Origin: Candidatus Heimdallarchaeota archaeon
Lineage (GTDB): Archaea; Asgardarchaeota; Heimdallarchaeia; Heimdallarchaeales; Heimdallarchaeaceae
Direction: 5' to 3'
Length of the DNA stretch: 15,241 bases
NCBI GenBank assembly: GCA_016839945.1
Contig: JAEOTE010000119.1
Location: 1-15,241, forward strand
Shown piece after piece: positions 1 through 7,091 of this stretch. The translations under genes were made by a program, and so were the position numbers. The stretch's first letter is position 1; every line of letters begins with the position of its first letter. The notes below the pieces were generated by a model that saw only the letters and a list, made by a program, of their open reading frames with translations, made no database searches and was not told where the DNA came from.

Positions 1-537
1 ATATACTGATGAAGTACTATCTTCAGAAACTACAGATGTTACTGTCCAATCACCAGCAGCTGATCTTCTCTTATAGAATATGTCAAAATCTGTACCAGAA
101 GTATCGTAATCAGTATTATCTCTCCATATCACATGAGCATTTCCTAAAGAATCAACATCTATCGAAGGGAATTCAGAATCATCTGTACTCTCTGAAGAAA
201 CCAATTCAACTGATGACCATGTTTTTGAAGCACTGTTATATTTCCGATAAAAAATGTCTTCATCTGTGCCTGAACCTGAGACTAGGTCTTCTGTAAAATC
301 ATCCCAAACTATGTGAATATTGTTATTAGAATCAATTGCAATTGAAGATTCATCTGATTCAAGTGTGCTACCAACAGAGATCAGTTCATATGGTGTCCAG
401 AACCAATTAGAGTGATCATTTGAATCAACCTCTAAGGTCATTTCTAATTGTTTCTGTATTGAGTAAGAATTATTGATATTAAGACATAAGAAAATTATCA
501 AGGAAATTGTTAAAATAAATAGAACTCTTCTTTTCAT
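1..537 (-). CDS. Secreted/surface beta-propeller-like repeat protein, 5' part only (runs off the window edge)
   Basis: My translation from ATG at 537: MKRRVLFILTISLIIFLCLNINNSYS (signal peptide), then repeats SIAIDSNNNIHIVWDD...SGTDEDIFYRKY...WSSVELVSSES and PSIDVDSLGNAHVIWRD...SGTDFDIFYKR...WTVTSVVSEDS. The frame is open for 179 codons to position 1. A GGTG lies about 10 nt upstream of the ATG. It is absent from the ORF track because the stop is outside the window. Confidence 0.9.
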   Translation of the reverse strand, partial: MKRRVLFILTISLIIFLCLNINNSYSIQKQLEMTLEVDSNDHSNWFWTPYELISVGSTLESDESSIAIDSNNNIHIVWDDFTEDLVSGSGTDEDIFYRKYNSASKTWSSVELVSSESTDDSEFPSIDVDSLGNAHVIWRDNTDYDTSGTDFDIFYKRRSAAGDWTVTSVVSEDSTSSVY

Positions 538-596
538 CTTAAATTTACACCATAGTAAGCTATTGCTTTAGTAATTAAAAATGTATTCTAAAACAT

Positions 597-609
597 GTAA
601 AATTTATAA
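597..609 (+). promoter_or_regulatory. Putative archaeal BRE/TATA promoter of the NTF2 operon
   Basis: GTAAAATTTATAA: a purine-rich element followed by TTTATAA. The same GTAAAA+TATA arrangement occurs at 4435 and 15081. Confidence 0.5.
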
Positions 610-704
610 GTGTCCCAGCTTGTTTCTTGATGTGTAAAATTTTCTGCCTAAGGCATATTTGAGAGGATACTATCTAAGCTATTCTAACTTTTAGTTAACA
701 ATCA

Positions 705-712
705 AAGGAGGT
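705..712 (+). promoter_or_regulatory. Shine-Dalgarno site
   Basis: AAGGAGGT, 6 nt upstream of ATG 719. The same AAGGAGGT occurs at 1568-1575, and AAGGAGA precedes 2011. Confidence 0.8.
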
Positions 713-718
713 AGTTGG

Positions 719-1585
719 ATGTTAGAAGATGATAAGAAGGAAATTGAAGAAATAAAGAAAGTAATTCAAGAATATAGTGATGCATTCAATAACTGGAATG
801 CTGAAAAACTGGTTAAAGCTTTCCATCCAGAATCAATGGTTTATTGGTATAGACCAGAAAGAAAATATTTTTACAAAGGAATGTGTTATGCTTGGCTTGA
901 TGGATTCTTTGATAATAAAAGAGAAGATCCAGGTATTAAGTTTCATGTCATATCTGAGGAAATTCATCAAAGAGGTTATGCTGCTTATGCAAGAGTTAGA
1001 TTTCTTATTGATGATCCAAAAGGTCCTAGAGACACCACTGATTATTTGACTTTACTAAAAATAAATTCTAAGTGGAGAGTATTCAATAAATCAGGACACA
1101 CAGTAGATATTTCCAAAGAAGAATTAACACAAAGAATCAAGGAAAAATCAGAATTTCCAAAAAATGACCCAGCTGAGATAAAACAGATACAACATGTTCT
1201 AAGAACATATGCTGAAGCTTTTCATGAATGGGATATTGAGAAAATTAGAGAAACTATTCACCCTGAAATGAGAATCAACCTTTTTGATAAGAAACTTGAG
1301 AAGCTGAAAAATATGTTTAGACCTTTACCAATGTGGAAAGAATCTTTTGAACATCATATAAATGAAGGAATAACATTCGATATTACTTTTGGTGATGTAG
1401 ATCAAACGGGGACTGCAGCTGTTGCTACTATGAAATGGATTGCACATACTCCTAATGGTACAGGTGACACCTTGGACTTCTTGACATTGCTGAAAATCGA
1501 AGATAAATGGTTTATTGTGAATAAAAGTTGCGATATTGACTTTGAAAAAAAAATGATTGAACTAAACAAGGAGGTAAAAAAATGA
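719..1585 (+). CDS. Tandem two-domain NTF2-like protein (Lumazine_bd_2/SnoaL-like fold)
   Basis: Two similar halves: EIEEIKKVIQEYSDAF..AFHP..GYAAYARV..DYLTLLKINSKWRVFNK and EIKQIQHVLRTYAEAF..TIHP..GTAAVATM..DFLTLLKIEDKWFIVNK. Strong SD site. Confidence 0.88.
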   Translation: MLEDDKKEIEEIKKVIQEYSDAFNNWNAEKLVKAFHPESMVYWYRPERKYFYKGMCYAWLDGFFDNKREDPGIKFHVISEEIHQRGYAAYARVRFLIDDPKGPRDTTDYLTLLKINSKWRVFNKSGHTVDISKEELTQRIKEKSEFPKNDPAEIKQIQHVLRTYAEAFHEWDIEKIRETIHPEMRINLFDKKLEKLKNMFRPLPMWKESFEHHINEGITFDITFGDVDQTGTAAVATMKWIAHTPNGTGDTLDFLTLLKIEDKWFIVNKSCDIDFEKKMIELNKEVKK

Positions 1586-1977
1586 AAAATGAAAAGGAAT
1601 TTGAAAAATTAAAGGAAGCCCTAAATGATTATATTTATGGAGCGATTGATAGAGATTATAAGAGGATATATGATTCATGGCATCCTGAAGCAGAAATGAT
1701 GAGTGAAAATACTGAAGATGGAAATTTGAAAAAGGTTCCTCGCACATTCTGGAAGGATGTTTATGAAAAGACACCTCCCACTCCAAAAACAACTAGAGAG
1801 AGTGAAATTGAAAATATTGATATTCATGGATCAGCTGCAAATGCAAGAATAAAAACTATAATTGATGGTCCTGAAAAATGTATTATTTTCACTGATTTTA
1901 TTAATTTACTAAGACTGGGAGAAAAATGGCAGATTGTAAATAAAATCTTTCATACTGATGTAATTGAGAAAGAATAA
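1582..1977 (+). CDS. NTF2-like protein (Lumazine_bd_2-type)
   Basis: YIYGAIDRD..WHPEA..IDIHGSAANARI..FTDFINLLRLGEKWQIVNKIF. ATGA overlap with the upstream stop codon, plus an SD site. Confidence 0.9.
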   Translation: MKNEKEFEKLKEALNDYIYGAIDRDYKRIYDSWHPEAEMMSENTEDGNLKKVPRTFWKDVYEKTPPTPKTTRESEIENIDIHGSAANARIKTIIDGPEKCIIFTDFINLLRLGEKWQIVNKIFHTDVIEKE

Positions 1978-2010
1978 ATATTTACTGCTAAATAAAAGGA
2001 GATTCTCTAA

Positions 2011-2436
2011 ATGAATCTACATGAAAATGATGAAATTAATAAGATAAAACAAGCAATTGAAACATTTCTAGATGGTATATTTAGTAATGACTACAAGAAA
2101 ATCTACAGTGTCTTTCATAAAGAAGCTCAATCAATAGGATATAGTCCTAAAAAAGAAGACATTGTAATTGTAAGAAGAGACCATTGGAAAGAAATGTTTG
2201 ATGATTATAATCCTGAACCTGAGTTGGAAGAAACGGCAAAAATAGAATTCATAGATACAATAGGAAGAGCTGCAATTGCACGTGTAAGAATTGATCAAGA
2301 AGCACTTGGGAACAGTAGAACTTTCTATGATTACTATTCATTGCAAAAAATAAATGAGGATTGGAAAATTGTCAATAAGAATTTTCATCAAGAATCTAAT
2401 AATGAAGTACACAGATTTAATGAATGGATTCTTTAA
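2011..2436 (+). CDS. NTF2-like protein (Lumazine_bd_2-type)
   Basis: FLDGIFSND..FHKEA..IDTIGRAAIARV..FYDYYSLQKINEDWKIVNKNF. SD site AAGGAGA. Confidence 0.9.
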   Translation: MNLHENDEINKIKQAIETFLDGIFSNDYKKIYSVFHKEAQSIGYSPKKEDIVIVRRDHWKEMFDDYNPEPELEETAKIEFIDTIGRAAIARVRIDQEALGNSRTFYDYYSLQKINEDWKIVNKNFHQESNNEVHRFNEWIL

Positions 2437-2470
2437 ATTATAGAATACTAGTTGGTTTTCAGATTTAGTT

Positions 2471-2500
2471 TACTCCTCTCGAGGAGTATTCTTTTTTCTT
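2471..2500 (+). terminator. Hairpin plus T-tract terminator of the NTF2 operon
   Basis: TACTCCT-CTCG-AGGAGTA (perfect 7-bp stem) followed by TTCTTTTTTCTT, starting 35 nt after the stop codon. Confidence 0.7.
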
Positions 2501-2616
2501 ACCGCAAGGATAAATTTGAAAAAGTGTTCTAGAATATTATATTTGTCTCTTTAAGAAAAGTTAACTATTTTCGTTTAGCTTTTTCTTAATTAATTAGCAA
2601 ACTAAGGGGATGAACT

Positions 2617-4425
2617 ATGTCAACTCGAGAAATTCTCCAACAAGTTCTTGATATCATGGATGAAATCTTGAACACTGTAGATAATATTAATTGGAGAGAT
2701 TACTCTGAGGTTCGTACAAAGATACTGATAACTCGTAAAACTGATGATCTTAAGCACATTTTAGGGGAAATCCCTGATGATGATTTAATGAGTTCTGAAG
2801 AAGCTTCTAACTTCTTTGAAAAAATTTTAGATAAGATTACCCGAATTTTGGGAAGTATGCCTCAAGAAAAAATGCTTCTACAATGGTATGAACTGGAACT
2901 CTGGCGTTTAAGATATGCATCAATGTATGCTTTGCAATGGGGACATGGTGGAGAGCTACAAGTTGCTGGTACAGCTCATGCACTTGCTAACGTATTGATG
3001 GGGATACAAACAATGGATGTTCAGAATCTAATAGTTGATTGGGAACATCCTGAGTTTGAGAAAAGAAGGAAACTCATTCTAAACTATTTGAGTTCTGCAT
3101 TTCTTTTCTTTTTTAGTCTGTGTACATCACTTAATCTTATTTTTAAACATGATTTAGAACATTGGTTATCAGAAGGCATCAAGGCTAGCGAACAATATTT
3201 GAAGTATATGGACGAATTTTGGAATGTACCTAAGAATATAAAATTACAGAAAAAGAAACACAGTAATGTTCGAGATCCTAATTATTCGCCTTACTATGCT
3301 ACTTTTGCAGGAATTGATTATATACTCTCTTTCTTATTAGATCTGCAAAGATATTTCTTCAAAGAAAATGTTAACATTGATTCACAAATTGAATTTATCG
3401 ACATTTCAAGTCCAGATAAATACTTTGATTCTCTTCAAAGATTGTTGGAAAAAGCTGATTATTATGTTTCTGACTTTAAGAAACATGTTAAAGAAGGATT
3501 TTTTGATATTAATGAGGATCCTTTAAATGATTCAGATGTTAAGGAAACAATCTATGAATTAGATGTTACAAAAGTATGGGTTAAAGGACTTCATGCTTTA
3601 TATCAATTAGTAATAAAAGATGAACAAACAGAACTTCCGATATTGGAACAGGAAGTGATTCCAGAACTTTTCAAATATATAGATAAGGAGAGTCATCTGT
3701 TTGATAAACCAGATTTTGTTAATAGTCAAATGGCAGACGCAATTAATTCAGTTTTACCTGAAGTTATTTTATTCTCTGGAGTTGATGCTCTTCGTTTCAA
3801 TAATGAAGTAAATATCTTAAAAATTGACAAAGACTATTCATTTTTCTTCAAAGCAGATGGAATGAAAAGATATCCAACATTAAATGGATTATATACAACC
3901 TTTAAAATAACGTTAGATATCGAAAATGGAAATTTTGATAATCTAGAAAATTACGCTGAAAAATTAGTTATTTTAGCTGATTACACTCCTTTTGAACCAA
4001 GGAATTCTTTTTCATATTATCTTCTTGGTAACATGATCTTACTGATATTAGGAAAGTTATCTAAAGATGTTTTTCTAGAGAAGATAAAAACTAAATTCGA
4101 AGAATTATTACCTTCCTTTTCTCATAATCTAATCTCTGAAATAGAAATTTACTTATTTAATCTCAAACTTGCTTTTAATGGAGAATTCACCTCTTTTGAT
4201 ATGAAAAGATTATTGACTCCACAATATTTTGATCCTTATTCAATATTCATTCCCGAACTAGGAAAATTAGCAGATGTAAAGAATTTTGATGAAATAATCT
4301 ATTTACCTTTTAATTTACAGAGTGATTATCTTGCAGATATTGAATCACAAATGTTGGAGCATATTGATAAGCTAATTGAAAAAACAGAGACCTCAATAGA
4401 ACAATCTGATATCCACTCAGATTAG
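2617..4425 (+). CDS. Hypothetical 602-aa acidic, probably alpha-helical protein
   Basis: Long ORF with composition like its neighbours, AGGGG upstream of the ATG and amphipathic helical patterning. No signal peptide and no motif I recognise. Confidence 0.8.
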   Translation: MSTREILQQVLDIMDEILNTVDNINWRDYSEVRTKILITRKTDDLKHILGEIPDDDLMSSEEASNFFEKILDKITRILGSMPQEKMLLQWYELELWRLRYASMYALQWGHGGELQVAGTAHALANVLMGIQTMDVQNLIVDWEHPEFEKRRKLILNYLSSAFLFFFSLCTSLNLIFKHDLEHWLSEGIKASEQYLKYMDEFWNVPKNIKLQKKKHSNVRDPNYSPYYATFAGIDYILSFLLDLQRYFFKENVNIDSQIEFIDISSPDKYFDSLQRLLEKADYYVSDFKKHVKEGFFDINEDPLNDSDVKETIYELDVTKVWVKGLHALYQLVIKDEQTELPILEQEVIPELFKYIDKESHLFDKPDFVNSQMADAINSVLPEVILFSGVDALRFNNEVNILKIDKDYSFFFKADGMKRYPTLNGLYTTFKITLDIENGNFDNLENYAEKLVILADYTPFEPRNSFSYYLLGNMILLILGKLSKDVFLEKIKTKFEELLPSFSHNLISEIEIYLFNLKLAFNGEFTSFDMKRLLTPQYFDPYSIFIPELGKLADVKNFDEIIYLPFNLQSDYLADIESQMLEHIDKLIEKTETSIEQSDIHSD

Positions 4426-4476
4426 AAATTTAAAGTAAAACTATTAAGTGTTCTAAAAACAATTCAATGAAGACAA

Positions 4477-4878
4477 ATGAATCATTCTGAAAGTAAAGAG
4501 ATTGATAAAATAAAAAAAGAAATTCAAGAATACATAGATGGTGTAGTTGAAAGGAATTTTCTAAAAGCTGAAAAACCTTGGCATCCTGAAGGAGTGAAAA
4601 TCTATGTTGATTCAGAGAATAACCTTAATAAAATAACCTTGATTCAATCACGACCAAAGAACACTGCCACTAAAGAACCTTCACAACAGTCTTTAGTTGA
4701 ACAATCAGGGTGTATTGTGAACATCGAACAAACAGGAAATGCAGCTATAGCTAAGATAAAATGGCTGGAAAGAAGAGAACAGAAAAAAAGAGAATATACA
4801 GATTATATCTCACTTCTGAAAATTGAAAACGAATGGAAAATTGTTGCTAAGATTTTTAACATTAAAGATCTATCTTGA
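4477..4878 (+). CDS. NTF2-like protein (Lumazine_bd_2-type)
   Basis: EIDKIKKEIQEYIDGV..WHPEG..IEQTGNAAIAKI..YTDYISLLKIENEWKIVAKIF. GTAAAACTATTAAG at 4435-4448 is a possible own promoter. No SD site. Confidence 0.9.
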   Translation: MNHSESKEIDKIKKEIQEYIDGVVERNFLKAEKPWHPEGVKIYVDSENNLNKITLIQSRPKNTATKEPSQQSLVEQSGCIVNIEQTGNAAIAKIKWLERREQKKREYTDYISLLKIENEWKIVAKIFNIKDLS

Positions 4879-4933
4879 GGGATTTTAAACAAACCATTAG
4901 TTATATAAACATGGATTTAGTAGAGAAACCAAT

Positions 4934-6175
4934 ATGTTCAAGAAGATTATGAAAGCAGCACCAGATTATCTACATCTGAGTGTGTTTGAGTTCATAAAAC
5001 ATTTTTTTAATCTTCTTACTGTAAAAAAATATGATTCTTCTAAAAAATATGAAGATTATACATTATTAATGGGTTATTCCTGCAGATCATTGTTTGAGGT
5101 ATGTATGGAGATTCTTAAGAAAGAGGATTTGGTAATTGCTACAACACCTACTCACCATACATCTTATCGAAACATAATTGAAAATCATGTAAAACCTGAA
5201 AATATACATATTATTGATCTAAATGATAATTTTAACCAAATAGCTAAAATTCCTGAAGTTAAAAAATGTGATTTAGTGGTTATAACACATATGTTTGGAC
5301 AAGATATGGATTTATCTGCTTTATCAGATTTTAAAGAAAAACATAATTGCATTGTTATTGAGGATAGAGTGCAAGGTGGATCTCTTGATCAAATCTTTAG
5401 CGATGATGTTGCGGATATCTCCCTTTATTCTATGGCTATGGATAAGAGACCAATTGCTCTTGGTGGAGGATACATGTATATTGATAATAAACATGAGAAA
5501 ATAATTAAATCTGCAAAAGAGATCATAAATAAATTACCAAAAGAAAAAAGACGTAAGAGGTTCATTGATTTAGTAAAAAAAATCCCCACCTATCTAATGT
5601 ACAACAGTAGAATCTATCTGTTCATGTTAGTAAATACATTAAACTTTCTTAATATTTTCATTAAAAGAGTAAATTTATTTAGTTTTACTATGTTTTATAG
5701 AACCAAAAATCCTGGTTTTAGCCATTATAACTACATGTTGAAACCATCTAATGCATTATTAAAATCAATGCATGAAAAATTTACAAAATATGAAAAAATG
5801 GAAAACTTGTACTCGGATAAACTTTTACAGTTTAGAAAGAATCTTTCACCAGAAATAGTTTCTTATTTCTTTCCTTGGTATAAAGATGCTCCCCTTCTAA
5901 CTCCATATAATACTATATTGATAGAAGAAGATCTTGTGGATAAATTTATAGAATATCTAAACAGGAATAATATGATATGTATAGCAAATCCCACATATAA
6001 ATTGTTTAATTTTCCAAAAGGAAATAACCCTAGATATTTAAAATTTAACAATGGATTAGTTTGTATACCTTCACTAGCTAACATGAAAGAAAAAGAAATG
6101 ATATTTCTTGCTAACAAATTACAAGAATTTCACAGTCTTTCTCAAGATATTAAGAAAAAAGATAGAAAGAAATAA
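4934..6175 (+). CDS. DegT/DnrJ/EryC1/StrS-family PLP-dependent enzyme (divergent)
   Basis: THMFGQDMD, VIEDRVQ (family pattern EDAAQ) and ADISLYSMAMDKRPIALGGG (S-x4-K with the Schiff-base lysine), plus C-terminal VCIP. TTATATAA at 4901. Confidence 0.82.
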   Translation: MFKKIMKAAPDYLHLSVFEFIKHFFNLLTVKKYDSSKKYEDYTLLMGYSCRSLFEVCMEILKKEDLVIATTPTHHTSYRNIIENHVKPENIHIIDLNDNFNQIAKIPEVKKCDLVVITHMFGQDMDLSALSDFKEKHNCIVIEDRVQGGSLDQIFSDDVADISLYSMAMDKRPIALGGGYMYIDNKHEKIIKSAKEIINKLPKEKRRKRFIDLVKKIPTYLMYNSRIYLFMLVNTLNFLNIFIKRVNLFSFTMFYRTKNPGFSHYNYMLKPSNALLKSMHEKFTKYEKMENLYSDKLLQFRKNLSPEIVSYFFPWYKDAPLLTPYNTILIEEDLVDKFIEYLNRNNMICIANPTYKLFNFPKGNNPRYLKFNNGLVCIPSLANMKEKEMIFLANKLQEFHSLSQDIKKKDRKK

Positions 6176-6186
6176 AGAATTACTAC

Positions 6187-6203
6187 TTTTTTCGTTTTTT
6201 TTT
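6187..6203 (+). terminator. Oligo-T terminator between convergent genes
   Basis: TTTTTTCGTTTTTTTTT starting 12 nt after the stop at 6175. Confidence 0.55.
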
Positions 6204-6225
6204 ATATAGAATGAATTGGCATAGT

Positions 6226-6825
6226 TTATTTTTTCGCTTTTATAAAATACCATTTATTTTTGCTATCAACTATTTCTACTCTAAATCCTACATCTTCAAG
6301 TAATTCCCTTGTAACATCCACATTTTGTATTTTTGATGAAACACCATAACCTGTTCTTACAGTTGTTCTATTAGGAAAAATAACCTTCATCTTTATCAGA
6401 AATACACCTTCATCCTTTGTTATAGGAGTATCCCATATCCAAAATTCTCCTTCTTTAGAGATTATTCTGTATACTTCCTTGAAGACTTTCTTTTTATCCT
6501 CATTCGACATATACATAATACTAAAGAAAGCTGTAGCATTGTCAAAGTGTTCATCTGAATACTCCAATTTTCTTGCATCAGCTAGTACCCAAGTAGCTTC
6601 TGGTGCTTTATGTTTAGCTTCGTCTATTTCTCTCTGGAATTTATCTATTGCTGTAACTCTTTCTTTTCCAATTTGGCCAATAATACCCTCCCCTCCGCCA
6701 CCAATATCTATAACAGAACCATTTGGAATTGAGTCAACATTAATTTTTTGCATTCTCTTAATCGCAAGTTGAAACATGAAGGAAATTGTTCGAAGGAATT
6801 TTGATTTTCGTTGAGATTTACTCAT
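6226..6825 (-). CDS. Class I SAM-dependent methyltransferase
   Basis: Motif I VIDIGGGGEG, then TAID, ADARKLEYSDEHFD and EVYRIISKEGEFWIWD. I moved the start to ATG 6825 (MSKSQRK) because a TATA-like TTTTATTTATAA lies about 20-28 nt upstream. Confidence 0.88.
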   Translation of the reverse strand: MSKSQRKSKFLRTISFMFQLAIKRMQKINVDSIPNGSVIDIGGGGEGIIGQIGKERVTAIDKFQREIDEAKHKAPEATWVLADARKLEYSDEHFDNATAFFSIMYMSNEDKKKVFKEVYRIISKEGEFWIWDTPITKDEGVFLIKMKVIFPNRTTVRTGYGVSSKIQNVDVTRELLEDVGFRVEIVDSKNKWYFIKAKK

Positions 6826-6900
6826 AGTCTTGGAAAAGTTATTATAAATAAAATCCTTTCGCAATCAAACTTTGAACTTAATATTTATCAATAGATAGAA

Positions 6901-7032
6901 CTACTTCTTCCCCCTCTTTGGTTTAGATCCAGATTGAACTTTACTACTAATAAGTGAGTATGTAATGAGAAAGAATACTAATTGTGCTCCAAGCACTATT
7001 CCTACAAGGATTAATATTTCAACATAATCCAT
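6901..7032 (-). CDS. 43-aa single-pass membrane microprotein
   Basis: My translation: MDYVEILILVGIVLGAQLVFFLITYSLISSKVQSGSKPKRGKK* (ATG at 7032, TAG at 6903-6901). One hydrophobic helix, a basic tail and an upstream TTTATA. It fills an otherwise empty gap. Confidence 0.7.
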   Translation of the reverse strand: MDYVEILILVGIVLGAQLVFFLITYSLISSKVQSGSKPKRGKK

Positions 7033-7048
7033 TGAATCAAACAAATTC

Positions 7049-7068
7049 CATATAAATGCAATTATAAA
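7049..7068. promoter_or_regulatory. Back-to-back divergent TATA boxes
   Basis: CATATAAATGCAATTATAAA contains TTTATATG on the minus strand (for ATG 7032) and TTATAAA on the plus strand (30 nt before ATG 7092). Confidence 0.5.
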
Positions 7069-7091
7069 CCAGAATAATTTCCAGACAAAAA

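Noticed and set aside
9-296. 95-aa plus-strand ORF
   Set aside because: It is antisense to the convincing minus-strand repeat protein (1-537) and has no motifs.
1545-1553. A9 run as a phase-variation or fusion site
   Set aside because: A shift into the downstream gene's frame hits TGA at 1558-1560. Only the last few residues would change, and A-runs are common here.
777-1792. ORFs 777..1049 (+) and 1562..1792 (-)
   Set aside because: Alternative-frame or antisense overlaps of the NTF2 genes with atypical composition.
2437-2616. SECIS element or selenocysteine readthrough
   Set aside because: No nearby gene has an in-frame TGA interrupting a domain, and the hairpin fits a terminator better.
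6901-7032. Resemblance of the microprotein to cytochrome b6f PetG (GIVLG)
   Set aside because: A short match within a hydrophobic helix with no supporting context. It is probably coincidental.
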